A stretch of DNA of 64,000 nt from a virus. The notes beneath the pieces were generated by a model. That model saw only the letters and a list, made by a program, of their open reading frames with translations. It searched no databases and was not told the origin of the DNA. The stretch lies in the IMG/VR virus record IMGVR_UViG_3300021964_000021, positions 32,001-96,000 of that record; one strand, 5' to 3'. Positions 1 through 9,924 of this stretch are shown here, piece after piece; the stretch's first letter is position 1, and every line of letters begins with the position of its first letter. The translations under genes and the position numbers were made by a program.

Positions 1-673
1 TCTCGCTCTCCCCAACGAATTCTTAGTTGATCATGACATAGACGCAGGTAGAACCCGCACTACTGTATATGATGGTCCTGATAAGATCTATCTTCAAATT
101 GGTGCTGATGGAACTGAAGTTGCAGGTCCTTTGACAGAAGATGATATCTTGGATGGTCGCGTAATGCCAGCAGACTGTGTTGATTGGTTTGAAGTTGATT
201 GTGCAACTAATCCTCTTATCTGTCAGCTCAGAGGTCCAGTTGTCAATGAATTGGAAGAAGAGTATACTGGAGAAACTGTTCATCCACAATCTCCTGAGAT
301 CGATGGATATCCACGATTCTCTTATGGTACACCAATCATGCCTGGCGATATCTACGATTCTCATTCGGTAAGAGTTATCGACGGTGAGATTCAAGTTGAT
401 AGATTCTCTGTTAGCAAGAAGATTGTTGATAGAGACTTTGATCTTACTTGGGAAATGCTTCGTGCCAAGAGAAATGCGATGCTTGAATCTTGCGATTCTA
501 AAACCAGTACTGATATGCCTGCTGAACTTTTGGAGACATGGAAGGTATTTCGTCAAAAGTTGAGAGACTTTCCTGCTGTTATGCAAGCAAACAATGTACC
601 TCCTAATGTCGCATACTACATGTTCCCAGAACAACCTCAACCTTCTACAGATCCAGCAGCTGGAGCATTCTGA
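1..673 (+). CDS. Tail fibre assembly chaperone-like protein, 5'-truncated by the window edge
   Basis: The frame is open from position 2, so the start lies outside the window. The C-terminal LRAKRNAMLESCD..W..FRQKLRDFP motif is typical of phage tail assembly chaperones. Confidence 0.6.
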   Translation, partial: LALPNEFLVDHDIDAGRTRTTVYDGPDKIYLQIGADGTEVAGPLTEDDILDGRVMPADCVDWFEVDCATNPLICQLRGPVVNELEEEYTGETVHPQSPEIDGYPRFSYGTPIMPGDIYDSHSVRVIDGEIQVDRFSVSKKIVDRDFDLTWEMLRAKRNAMLESCDSKTSTDMPAELLETWKVFRQKLRDFPAVMQANNVPPNVAYYMFPEQPQPSTDPAAGAF

Positions 674-688
674 TTCTTATTGATTTTT

Positions 689-1225
689 ATGATTGATAAT
701 TATAAAATTTATAAATTTGATTATATAAAAGAAAATCAATCAGATATTGTTAGAGTGGCAGATATTTGCCACTCTAATCTTGTATCGGAAGGATTTGGAG
801 ACACTACTTGGAGTTATTATCTTTATAATATTTTTAGTGTCTCTTCTCCATCTCTACATTACTATAAGATTTTTAGAAAACTTAGAGATATAATTAGAGA
901 GAACGTAAAGGAAGAAAATATCTGGTTACAAGCATGGTTAAATATGCATGATTATGATACGGTGTTAGACTGGCACAATCACACAGCACCATATCACGGA
1001 TATATTTCTATAGAACCACAGGATACCACCACCGAGTTTGAGGATTGGGAGGTGAAGAATGAGTGTGGAAACATATATTTTGGTAATGGTAATGTGAGAC
1101 ATAGAGTTGTGAATAACTCTCACTACACTGGTAAAAGGATTACAATTGGATACGATGTAATTCCTGAGAGTGCTTTTGAGCATTCATATCCAACTGCACA
1201 ATATGGAGCAATGCCACTTTTATAA
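689..1225 (+). CDS. Putative 2OG-Fe(II) oxygenase-fold protein
   Basis: WLNMH...WHNH...YHGYISI, distal H (VRHRV) and RITIGYD fit a double-stranded beta-helix pattern. Confidence 0.55.
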   Translation: MIDNYKIYKFDYIKENQSDIVRVADICHSNLVSEGFGDTTWSYYLYNIFSVSSPSLHYYKIFRKLRDIIRENVKEENIWLQAWLNMHDYDTVLDWHNHTAPYHGYISIEPQDTTTEFEDWEVKNECGNIYFGNGNVRHRVVNNSHYTGKRITIGYDVIPESAFEHSYPTAQYGAMPLL

Positions 1226-1830
1226 TGTTTGAATTGAATTCTGAGTTGACTGCAAAGGTGGTTAAGGTTATTGATAGTCAAGTAATTGAGATTGATAACC
1301 TTTATGAAGATCCTGATAATGTAAGAGAGTATGCAATATCTTCTAAGAAGATTACCAGAAGTGATAATGAAGATCTTCTTGCTGGAGCAATAGGTCGTAG
1401 AGTGTGTGAAGATACTCTTGAACTTGGTTATCAACTTAAAAATACTTTTGAGTCTTTGTGTCAGCATCCTGGTTGGGGAATTGAATTTAATAAAAAAGAT
1501 CATGACTACTACTGGTCTGGTATGAGATTCATGGTTAACGTGACAAGTAATCGTGAGATTATCGAAGATGGTAGAAACATGATTGCTCATAGAGACCCTG
1601 ACTTTTTAAAATGGGCATGTGTTGTGTACTTAAATACATTGGATGAATGTGAAGGTGGAACAGGATTTTATCAATATGATCCTAAAAAAGATGTAATAAA
1701 CCTTGAACATTTATCAAAGATGAAGTATAATAAGGCAGTGTTATATCCTGCTGGCATTGTTCATGGTGCTATCATGGAGAAGACAATGTTCAAAGACTGT
1801 GACCGATTGGTGCAGGTTATGTTCATGTGA
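1225..1830 (+). CDS. 2OG-Fe(II) oxygenase-like protein (DUF6445-like)
   Basis: IDNLYEDPD, HRD, WACVVYL, GGTGFY, YNKAVLY...HG and RLVQVMF. Confidence 0.7.
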   Translation: MFELNSELTAKVVKVIDSQVIEIDNLYEDPDNVREYAISSKKITRSDNEDLLAGAIGRRVCEDTLELGYQLKNTFESLCQHPGWGIEFNKKDHDYYWSGMRFMVNVTSNREIIEDGRNMIAHRDPDFLKWACVVYLNTLDECEGGTGFYQYDPKKDVINLEHLSKMKYNKAVLYPAGIVHGAIMEKTMFKDCDRLVQVMFM

Positions 1831-1836
1831 TAAATA
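1829..1836 (+). promoter_or_regulatory. T4-type late promoter-like element (GATAAATA)
   Basis: Near match to TATAAATA about 40 nt upstream of the 1877 ATG. Confidence 0.5.
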
Positions 1837-1876
1837 ACCCAAGATTATAATTCATTATCCATTTGGAGTTGATTTA

Positions 1877-3025
1877 ATGAGATCAAAAGCATTTTTTGTC
1901 AATGGTGGAGCTGGCAGAGTAATTTGCTCCATCCCTGCATTTGAAAAATATGCAGAGACCCACGACGATTTTGTTATCGTTTGTGAGGGAGGAACAGATT
2001 TTTTTAAAGGTCATCCAACTCTGGATGGTAAAGCATTCGATAATTGGCATAAGGGACTATTTGAACAGGAACTCAAGCACCGAGATATTGTTACTACTGA
2101 ACCATATCGTATTTGGGAATACTACAATCAGAAGTGTAGTCTTTCTCAAGCATATGATATTCAAATTAATGAACTTGATGGACCAAGGGAACTTCCTGCA
2201 CCAACAATTCAGTTGTCTAAGATGGAAGTCATCTCTGGATTCAACGCTGTAGAAGAAGTTAAGCAAGGAACAGGTAAAGATAAAGTTTTAATTGTTCAAC
2301 CTTTTGGTAGGTCTACTGAAGCAGTGGGTGAGGACTTTATTGCTGATCCATCTTCTCGTAGTTTCTCCCTTAATAATATTGTTAGTATTATTAATGAGTT
2401 GAAAAAAGATTATGCAGTTATCATTATGAGTGAGATTCAATTCCCACTTGAGGAAAATGAAGAGAAGTCAAAGTATAAAGTTGCTCGACCTCAGATTACT
2501 GAAATGCGGACCTGGGCAGGTCTTATTCATGCCGCTGACCACTTTTTAGGGTGTGACAGTATGGGACAGCATCTTGCTAGAGCATTTGATAAGACTGCAA
2601 CTGTAGTAACTGGTTCTACTTACCCAATTAATATTTCTTATCCTGACTGTAATAATTTTGATATTATTGATGTTGGTGAGGGTAGAAGAGTTTATTCTCC
2701 GATTCGTTTGACTATGGACGAAGCAGCGGATCGCTATAACGATCAAGCAATGGAACTGTCTAAGGATCAAGAGAAACAAGTGATTGCTTCTGTTCGTAAG
2801 AGACTGGGTAAATCAACTGCATATACGAACTACAAGACTAAAACTGAAAAACAACCTTTACCTTCTCCCCCTTTGAATTCTCCTTCCACTTATGGAGCAC
2901 CTTTAAACGCAACTAAACCACAAATTAAAAAACCAACAAAAGGATTTTTGGATGATGTAAAGACAGCAACTCAACAAACTAAAGTAGAAGATCAAGTTAA
3001 AGAAATCCTTAATAATTTAAAGTGA
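1877..3025 (+). CDS. GT-B glycosyltransferase, GT9/heptosyltransferase-like
   Basis: N-terminal GGAGRVICSIP and C-terminal HFLGCDSMGQHLARAFDK resemble the GT9 (G)xDSG.xHxAxA motif. ADP-heptose pathway genes lie downstream. Confidence 0.6.
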   Translation: MRSKAFFVNGGAGRVICSIPAFEKYAETHDDFVIVCEGGTDFFKGHPTLDGKAFDNWHKGLFEQELKHRDIVTTEPYRIWEYYNQKCSLSQAYDIQINELDGPRELPAPTIQLSKMEVISGFNAVEEVKQGTGKDKVLIVQPFGRSTEAVGEDFIADPSSRSFSLNNIVSIINELKKDYAVIIMSEIQFPLEENEEKSKYKVARPQITEMRTWAGLIHAADHFLGCDSMGQHLARAFDKTATVVTGSTYPINISYPDCNNFDIIDVGEGRRVYSPIRLTMDEAADRYNDQAMELSKDQEKQVIASVRKRLGKSTAYTNYKTKTEKQPLPSPPLNSPSTYGAPLNATKPQIKKPTKGFLDDVKTATQQTKVEDQVKEILNNLK

Positions 3026-3032
3026 GGTAGGA

Positions 3033-4829
3033 ATGGCACAATGGATTGCAGCAATCGCTAGAGGACATAACTCTGGTCTTTGCCTATTAAAAGATGGTGA
3101 GATGGTTCTCTCTATTGAAGAAGAGAGACTATCTAGGCACAAGTATGATGGAGGTCCTCTTGCATCTATGGTCAAGATTTTGGAATACACAGATAAACTT
3201 GACTATCTTGTTGTTGCTCATACTCAACCACTAGGTGAGAGCGGTCGAATTGACTTTACTGGTGATGATCTTTACACAGGTCTAGCTAGAAAGTTGGGAC
3301 TGATTGATAGAAAAGAAGATCTCTATAAGCACCCTCAAGTTATTGACCTGAGCAGGACTCATCATAAACTTCATGCTGCATGTGCTTTTTATCGATCTGG
3401 ATTTAAGTCTGCAGTATCTTTAGTTGTGGATGGTGCAGGAACTTTTATTCCGATGAATGTCGGTAGAGAAAATGATATGACATGGGAATTGGAATCCATG
3501 TTTACTTGTGAATATCCTGCAAATTTTAAGACTATCTACAAACACCAAGCAGGTAGAGGTCCATGGGGATCTGCAAGGATCGAAGAATTTACTAGTGAAG
3601 GTGAGAATGAAGAGGGAACTCATGAATTCATTCTTGATGAGAGTGCTGGTATTACAAAAGCATATGAAGCAGTAACTCAATATTGTGGATGGGCACCCAT
3701 TGAAGCTGGCAAAACTATGGGATTGTTCCCATATGGAAAACCTAATGACAAGATTCCAGAGATCTATTCCGATCATGGTGGAACTGCTGAATGGAAGACT
3801 TCTAATCGAGATGTAATTGTTCCAACGTATCCCAATGGTGCGGTTGTCAATGAGGGTAGATATACCTTCTTGAAGACTCCTCCAGAACCTGGTGACCTCA
3901 CTTTGCTTGAGAATCGTAGGGATATGGCATATGCCATTCAAGTTGAATCGCAACAGATGGTTTTGGATTTGATTCGTAAAGCAGTTGAGAAGAGTGGAAA
4001 CAAGAATGTTGTCCTCTCTGGTGGATATGGTTTAAATTGTGTTGCAAACTATTGGTATCTTGAACAACTTAAAGATGAGGGTATCAATCTTTTTGTAGAA
4101 CCAGTTAGCAACGACGCTGGAACTGCTATTGGTGCTGCACTTTTAGTTTATCATTCTGTAACTGGTGACATGGAAATTAGAGATAGAATTAAGGATCTTT
4201 ACTATGGTCCTGAGTATGATTATTCTTTAGATCAGATTGAAGAAGTTGCTACTCGCTGGGGTGCAACTGACATTAAAACTGGTGCTGATTATGAAGATGT
4301 TGTAAATCTTATCAAAGATAAGAATATTGTTGCAATGTATCAGGGTAGATCTGAGGCAGGACCTCGTGCCCTTGGTAATCGCTCTATTCTTTATGATCCT
4401 CGTGATCCTAATGGTAAAGATCATGTTAATGAAGTGAAGCGTCGTGAATACTTCCGTCCTTTTGCTGGATCTATTCTAAAAGAACACGTTCATGAGTGGT
4501 TTGATCTTCGTGGTATGGATGATACCCCATTCATGATGTATGCTGTCAAGTGTCAAGAAGGAATTGAGGAAAAGATTCCTGCTATCATTCATGTTGATGG
4601 TACATGTAGAATTCAGACAGTTACTGAGGAAGTTAATCGACATTATTATGGATTGATTGAAGAGTTTCATAAGCAAACTGGTTGTCCTATTATCTTTAAT
4701 ACATCATTTAATCTTGGTGGAGAACCTCTTGTAGAGACTCTTGATGATGCTCTTCGCACTCTTGCTAATTCATCTATTGAGTATCTTTACCTTCCAGAAT
4801 ATGCAGTATTGATTGAAGTATCCAATTAA
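3033..4829 (+). CDS. Carbamoyltransferase, NodU/CmcH/TobZ family (full length, copy 1)
   Basis: GHN..EEERLSR.K, HHKLHA, VVDGAG, GKTMGL, SGGYGLNC, NDAGTAIGAA, GPRALGNRS, KRREYFRPFA, HVDGTCRIQTV and NTSFNLGGEP. Confidence 0.93.
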   Translation: MAQWIAAIARGHNSGLCLLKDGEMVLSIEEERLSRHKYDGGPLASMVKILEYTDKLDYLVVAHTQPLGESGRIDFTGDDLYTGLARKLGLIDRKEDLYKHPQVIDLSRTHHKLHAACAFYRSGFKSAVSLVVDGAGTFIPMNVGRENDMTWELESMFTCEYPANFKTIYKHQAGRGPWGSARIEEFTSEGENEEGTHEFILDESAGITKAYEAVTQYCGWAPIEAGKTMGLFPYGKPNDKIPEIYSDHGGTAEWKTSNRDVIVPTYPNGAVVNEGRYTFLKTPPEPGDLTLLENRRDMAYAIQVESQQMVLDLIRKAVEKSGNKNVVLSGGYGLNCVANYWYLEQLKDEGINLFVEPVSNDAGTAIGAALLVYHSVTGDMEIRDRIKDLYYGPEYDYSLDQIEEVATRWGATDIKTGADYEDVVNLIKDKNIVAMYQGRSEAGPRALGNRSILYDPRDPNGKDHVNEVKRREYFRPFAGSILKEHVHEWFDLRGMDDTPFMMYAVKCQEGIEEKIPAIIHVDGTCRIQTVTEEVNRHYYGLIEEFHKQTGCPIIFNTSFNLGGEPLVETLDDALRTLANSSIEYLYLPEYAVLIEVSN

Positions 4830-4833
4830 AATT

Positions 4834-5364
4834 ATGACGAGAAAAGATTTATTTGCTATTCCTATATTTGAAGATAAAGTTGATCTCAGCAAGATTAGTA
4901 TAGAATGTGGTGAGTATAACTCTACTTGGGATAGTGAAATTAAAACAAGTCTTGGATCGAATATTGAAGTTGCTGACGAAACTTGGGAGCATTTGAACGA
5001 GGTAATCTCAAGGAATATTAATCAAATAAATTGTTCATATGAGAATGCTGGGATTAGATCTATATGGAGGAATATCTATACCAAAACAGACTATCAAGAT
5101 CCCCATATACATCCACATTCTCAGTGGAGTTTTATTATCTACGAGACTGTGCCTAGATCTAAAACAATGTTCTTCAATCCTTCTATGAAGGATATTCAAA
5201 ATCAGATTAGTGGTGGTGGAATACCTGACTTTATGCTTGATTATAAACCAGATTTGGAAGTTGGTTCTATCATAATCTTCCCATCATTCCTTATGCACAT
5301 GGTTGCTCATGGTAGTGAAGGGTCAACAATATCTGGAAATATTCATTTGGATTATCGACCGTGA
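4834..5364 (+). CDS. Putative 2OG-Fe(II) oxygenase
   Basis: QDPHIH, WSFIIY, IIFPSFLMHMV and TISGNI. Paralog of 43387..43938. Confidence 0.7.
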   Translation: MTRKDLFAIPIFEDKVDLSKISIECGEYNSTWDSEIKTSLGSNIEVADETWEHLNEVISRNINQINCSYENAGIRSIWRNIYTKTDYQDPHIHPHSQWSFIIYETVPRSKTMFFNPSMKDIQNQISGGGIPDFMLDYKPDLEVGSIIIFPSFLMHMVAHGSEGSTISGNIHLDYRP

Positions 5365-5771
5365 GAAAAGTTTTTGTAAATGGTACGTTTGATCTTCTAC
5401 ATAGAGGTCATTTAGAACTTTTAAATTTTGCAAAATCTCTAGGCGATAGAGTTCATGTAGGTATTGATACTGACAGAAGAGTTGCGGAAAAAAAAGGTCC
5501 TTCCAGACCAATATATAATCAGGAAGAACGAAAGTTCTTTTTAGAAAATTTAAAAGCAGTGGATAAGGTACATTATTTTGATTCTGATTTAGAATTAGAA
5601 GTGTTAATTAACTTTATCCAACCAGACGTAATGGTTGTTGGTTCTGATTGGAAGGGTAAGTCTGTCATTGGATCAATGTACGCTGCTGAGTTAGTATTTT
5701 TTAGTAGAATTGGTGACTATGCAACCACAAAAACAATTGAACGTATTATTGATAGGAGAGACTTGCGATGA
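5361..5771 (+). CDS. Nucleotidylyltransferase, HldE/RfaE domain II-like (heptose-1-phosphate adenylyltransferase)
   Basis: NGTFDLLHRGH (HxGH), KGPSRPI and GSDW. Confidence 0.82.
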   Translation: MRKVFVNGTFDLLHRGHLELLNFAKSLGDRVHVGIDTDRRVAEKKGPSRPIYNQEERKFFLENLKAVDKVHYFDSDLELEVLINFIQPDVMVVGSDWKGKSVIGSMYAAELVFFSRIGDYATTKTIERIIDRRDLR

Positions 5772-6486
5772 TGAATATGTCTATGGAGACGTAGAACGTA
5801 TTAGTCCAGAAGCTCCTGTACCAGTTCTTAAATATGATAGAACTGAGACACATAAAGGTATGTCTGCTAATGTCAAGGCAAATCTAGAGTCTTTTGGTGT
5901 CTTTGTAAATCATATTACCAATAAGAAACCAATCATAAAGCGTAGGGTAGTTGATCGTGGTAGTAATCAACAACTGATACGTATTGATGAGGAGTCTGAT
6001 ATTGATCCCCTAAGAGTATCCGAAGTAAAATCTGCATTTATTCATATGCAGTATGATGCTGTGGTTATATCTGATTATGATAAGGGGTATTTAACTAAGA
6101 ACGACTTGGAAGTTTTTTGTCAGAACTTCTCAGGACCAGTCTTTATTGATACTAAAAAAACTGAGCTGTTCAGTTATCCAAATGTATTTTTTAAAATTAA
6201 TTTGAGAGAATATAATAATCTGACTGTTGCACCAAACCCAGAGAATCTTATTGTTACTATGGGTGAGCAAGGTGCTAAGTACATGGAGAATATTTATGCA
6301 CCAGAGCGCGTGAATGTATTTGATGTTGTTGGTGCAGGAGATACTTTTTTAGCGGCACTGGTATATGCATTCTTGACATATGGTGATATTGCAGCAGCAA
6401 TAAGTGTTGCAAATAAGGCATCTGCTATTGCAGTTCAACACTATGGGTGTTATACTTTAAAGGAAGAAGATGTAGCAGGACTATGA
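5719..6486 (+). CDS. PfkB-family sugar kinase, HldE/RfaE domain I-like (heptose-7-phosphate kinase)
   Basis: RISPEAPVPV, ISDYDKG and DVVGAGDTF. Confidence 0.88.
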   Translation: MQPQKQLNVLLIGETCDDEYVYGDVERISPEAPVPVLKYDRTETHKGMSANVKANLESFGVFVNHITNKKPIIKRRVVDRGSNQQLIRIDEESDIDPLRVSEVKSAFIHMQYDAVVISDYDKGYLTKNDLEVFCQNFSGPVFIDTKKTELFSYPNVFFKINLREYNNLTVAPNPENLIVTMGEQGAKYMENIYAPERVNVFDVVGAGDTFLAALVYAFLTYGDIAAAISVANKASAIAVQHYGCYTLKEEDVAGL

Positions 6487-6836
6487 GAGCACTACTACCT
6501 GGAATGAAGACATATTGCATTGATATTGATGGTGTTATTGCCGAGAAGAATGGCACTTGTAAGACATGTAAGTATGAAGCAAGCACTCCCATGAGGGAGA
6601 ACATTGAGAAGATTAATAAGTTGTATGATGAAGGTCACTACATTAAGTACTTCACTGCTAGAGGTATGGGAACCTATCATGATGATGCAACTCAAGCTGA
6701 TGCTCGTTGGAGGCAGTTAACGGAACTTCAACTGAGGATTTGGAATTGTAAGTATCATGAACTCATTATGGGTAAACCCTCAGCGGACTACTACATAGAT
6801 GATAAGGCGGTAAATTCTAATGACTTCTTCAATTAA
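6483..6836 (+). CDS. HAD-superfamily phosphatase
   Basis: DIDGVI (motif I), FTARG and GKP.ADYYIDDK. Confidence 0.8.
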   Translation: MRALLPGMKTYCIDIDGVIAEKNGTCKTCKYEASTPMRENIEKINKLYDEGHYIKYFTARGMGTYHDDATQADARWRQLTELQLRIWNCKYHELIMGKPSADYYIDDKAVNSNDFFN

Positions 6837-7173
6837 ATATGTTCCCAAAGGTTGGGGATATGAGAAGTGGATCGTTAATAATGAAATGTATTGTGGTAAG
6901 CTTTTATTCTTTGAGAAGGGTAAGAGATGCTCATGGCACTATCACAAATTAAAAGATGAGACCTTCTATTTGCAGAGTGGTCTCATGTCTTTATATTATG
7001 GGTATGAAAATGATTTATCGACAGCGGAGATGATTGTTCTTACACCTGGAGAAAAATTTCATATTCCTGTTGGGATGAGACATCAGATGGTTGCTTTGAA
7101 TGATACTGAACTGTTTGAGTTCTCAACCCAACACTTTGATTCTGATAGTTATCGAGTCATTCGTGGTGATTGA
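6820..7173 (+). CDS. Cupin sugar isomerase-like protein
   Basis: KGWGYE, SWHYH..KDETFY and HIPVGMRH. Confidence 0.75.
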   Translation: MTSSIKYVPKGWGYEKWIVNNEMYCGKLLFFEKGKRCSWHYHKLKDETFYLQSGLMSLYYGYENDLSTAEMIVLTPGEKFHIPVGMRHQMVALNDTELFEFSTQHFDSDSYRVIRGD

Positions 7174-7963
7174 TATATTCTTCTACTGTTGTAAAATTAT
7201 AATTACCAATCCACTTCATATCGGCACAAGTATAGGTTTGGTATTTACCCTTTAAATGATTTGGAAATGGGATGGTATTAATTTTACCACCCTCTTTTTT
7301 TGCAACTAATTCTGCTACATGTTGAAATGACACTGGTGAACCAGTGCCAATGTCGTAGATACCACTACCAGCATTATTGTTGAGAACAATATTCACAACA
7401 TCATTAACCCATACAAAATCTCTAAGGAACTTATCAGATCCTTTAAACAGATTGAGCTCACCAGTTTCTTTAATTTCTTTGGTGAATTTACTTACGGGAC
7501 TTGCCTGATTACCTTTATGATCTTCTCCATCTCCATAGACATTGAAGTATCTAAACCCTTGGACAAGAGAGAACTTATCAATATTATCTAAGACAGTGTA
7601 ATCCACTTGCAACTTTGAGATTGCATATTGATTCAGTGGATTGTATGTCTTTGCTTTTTGATGGATGCTCTGATTCCCATACACTGATGCAGATGATGCA
7701 TACTTAATTGGAATTTGATATTCTATTGCTTTATTAAGCAGGGCACACGAGAATGCTACGTTGTAGTGCCACAACCTCTGCAAATCTTTCTCTGTAGTTG
7801 ATGATATTGCACCTTGATGTAAGATGAGACTTACTTTATTCCACTCATCAAAGTCGGTAAAAAGTCTCCAAGCATCTTCTTGGTCCACAAGGATTACTTC
7901 ATCATCAAGTTTATCTGCAAAGCATTTGCCGATAAATCCTTTGGCACCAGTTAGAATTATCAT
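7157..7963 (-). CDS. hldD: ADP-L-glycero-D-manno-heptose-6-epimerase-like (extended SDR)
   Basis: TGAKGFIG, HQGAISSTTE, YASSASVYG, YAISK, FRYFNVYG, RDFVWV and GKYQTYTCAD. Confidence 0.85.
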   Translation of the reverse strand: MIILTGAKGFIGKCFADKLDDEVILVDQEDAWRLFTDFDEWNKVSLILHQGAISSTTEKDLQRLWHYNVAFSCALLNKAIEYQIPIKYASSASVYGNQSIHQKAKTYNPLNQYAISKLQVDYTVLDNIDKFSLVQGFRYFNVYGDGEDHKGNQASPVSKFTKEIKETGELNLFKGSDKFLRDFVWVNDVVNIVLNNNAGSGIYDIGTGSPVSFQHVAELVAKKEGGKINTIPFPNHLKGKYQTYTCADMKWIGNYNFTTVEEYINHHE

Positions 7964-7987
7964 ATCTTTTTGTCCAATATTATATCA

Positions 7988-7995
7988 AATAAATA
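7988..7995 (+). promoter_or_regulatory. T4-type late promoter-like element (AATAAATA)
   Basis: Lies about 32 nt upstream of the 8028 ATG. Confidence 0.5.
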
Positions 7996-8027
7996 ATATT
8001 ACTGCAACAATTTTCAGGATATATCCG

Positions 8028-9614
8028 ATGGCTTTTGGATCTCTAGCAACTATCAAGCCAACTGCACTGAATACGAACGAGGTTCTTTATACCGCACCCG
8101 CTGGTCAGTTGGTAGAAGGAAAGGTATATATCACTAATCGTAGTGCATCCGAAATTAAAATTCGAGTTGGTCTCTCTACAGGAAATATATCAGACTTTGA
8201 CACTACAAAAGGTTACCTAGTATTTAACAGAATAATTCCAAGAGGAGAATATTACGAAACTGATAGTATATTTTTTGGTGATGGTGAGAGTGTTGTTGTA
8301 CGTGCTAACCATACTGACGTAACATTTACACTGCTTGCTGCAGAGACTGAGAATAGAGAAGAGGGTGGATTCCTTGCTCAGGGAGTATCTGCATCTTCCA
8401 AGAGTAGCAGTCTACTCTTCATGGTTCCTACAGACTATAAGGAACTTAGGGGCAACCTTTATATTTGTAATAGGGGATCTTTTGATACCAAGGTAAGAGT
8501 TGGTCTTGGAACAACATCAACAGATTATCTTGAGTTCAACTATACTGTCCCTAGAGATACTACTCATGTTAGAACTGATTTAAGAGCTGCTGGTGGAGAT
8601 GTTCTTTATATTAGAAGTGATTCTGAAGATCAGAACCTAGTAAATTTTGTTCTCACTGGATACTATGAAAACTTCATTGCATTCTCTGGAGACATTGGTG
8701 TTGCAGGCACAATGCAATCTCAGAGTGCATATGTAAAATCTGCAGTATCTATTGGTATTACAAGTCCTGGGTCTAATGCACTTAAAGTAATTGGTAATAC
8801 TGAACTTGCAGGAGTTACTATTACTGATGACCTTGCAGTACAGGGTAACACTAATGTTGCTGGGGTTGCAACCTTTGTTGGTACTGTAACTTTCCAGGGA
8901 GGTACAATTAACACTGGTGTTGGTACTGAGAACGCAGTTGTCCTTGATGCTAACGTTAACTCTAACGTTACTCCAGGTACAACTAATACGTTTGACCTTG
9001 GACAAGACTCTAAGAAGTGGAGATATGTTTATTCTGGAGATACAATTAGAGGAAATCAAATTGATTTGAGTAATGGAACTAGTGGTATTGCAACTATTGG
9101 TAGAGTCGGTGCAGGTGGAACACAAACTCAGGTTATAATTGGTGCAGCAACAACTGCTATGCTGGCAAAGGGTAATATTGCAGCAAATGGTGATGTACTT
9201 GTCAAAGGTCAAATTGGAGTTGGCACAGTCACAACTCCTCAACTTAGAGGAAATGATACTACAGGTAACCTCGAAGTGTGGAACTCCTCTCTCAGTAGAT
9301 GGATTCCTATCCAAGGTGTAGAGACTACATATCTTAGTGCATCTAACAACACTAATATTGATCCATGGACAACTGTCTGGGCAGATACTAGTGGCGGTAC
9401 ATGGACTCTCACGTTACCCGTATCTCCACAACAGGGAGATAAAGTTAGAATTGTGGATGTCAGAGGCACATTTGACTCTAACAACTTGACAATTAATAGA
9501 AATGGTAATAATATTATGAGTGACGCTTCTGATTTAGTTGTCAGCACAGAAGGTGCATCCTTTGATTTAATATATTCTGACTCTACTAGGGGTTGGGTAA
9601 TCTTCAGCGTATAA
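8028..9614 (+). CDS. Virion structural protein, tail fibre or baseplate wedge-like
   Basis: Likely start is MAFGSLA. Two tandem N-terminal domains, a Gly/Thr/Val-rich beta-helix-like middle, and a C-terminal DTSGG...LTLP..P..GD.VRIVD...F..NNLTINRNG module seen in T4-like fibre/wedge proteins. Confidence 0.65.
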   Translation: MAFGSLATIKPTALNTNEVLYTAPAGQLVEGKVYITNRSASEIKIRVGLSTGNISDFDTTKGYLVFNRIIPRGEYYETDSIFFGDGESVVVRANHTDVTFTLLAAETENREEGGFLAQGVSASSKSSSLLFMVPTDYKELRGNLYICNRGSFDTKVRVGLGTTSTDYLEFNYTVPRDTTHVRTDLRAAGGDVLYIRSDSEDQNLVNFVLTGYYENFIAFSGDIGVAGTMQSQSAYVKSAVSIGITSPGSNALKVIGNTELAGVTITDDLAVQGNTNVAGVATFVGTVTFQGGTINTGVGTENAVVLDANVNSNVTPGTTNTFDLGQDSKKWRYVYSGDTIRGNQIDLSNGTSGIATIGRVGAGGTQTQVIIGAATTAMLAKGNIAANGDVLVKGQIGVGTVTTPQLRGNDTTGNLEVWNSSLSRWIPIQGVETTYLSASNNTNIDPWTTVWADTSGGTWTLTLPVSPQQGDKVRIVDVRGTFDSNNLTINRNGNNIMSDASDLVVSTEGASFDLIYSDSTRGWVIFSV

Positions 9615-9621
9615 TAAAATT

Positions 9622-9924
9622 ATGGTTTACAAATACGATCCTCACATTTTGCATAAAAAAGAAGATGTTGAACAGACAGAAGAAATTATTATCTTCTCAA
9701 AAGATGATTGTCCTTACTGTCTCTATATTACTAGAATCCTAAATCAAATTGGATTGACTTACACTGAATTTAAACTTGGAAAAGATTTTACCAAGGCAGA
9801 ACATTATGAAAAATTTGGAATGAATGCAACCTTCCCTAAGGTTGAGATTGACGATGAAGTTATTGGAGGTTCTAGGGATACTGTTGAGTGGTTAAAGAAG
9901 GCTCGTTACGTTCCTGGTAATTGA
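9622..9924 (+). CDS. nrdC: Glutaredoxin
   Basis: CPYC active site, TFPKV and IGG. Confidence 0.85.
   Translation: MVYKYDPHILHKKEDVEQTEEIIIFSKDDCPYCLYITRILNQIGLTYTEFKLGKDFTKAEHYEKFGMNATFPKVEIDDEVIGGSRDTVEWLKKARYVPGN

Noticed and set aside
7824-8027. N-terminal extension of the 596-aa ORF
   Set aside because: It overlaps hldD on the opposite strand. The late-promoter-like element and the ATG at 8028 give a better start.
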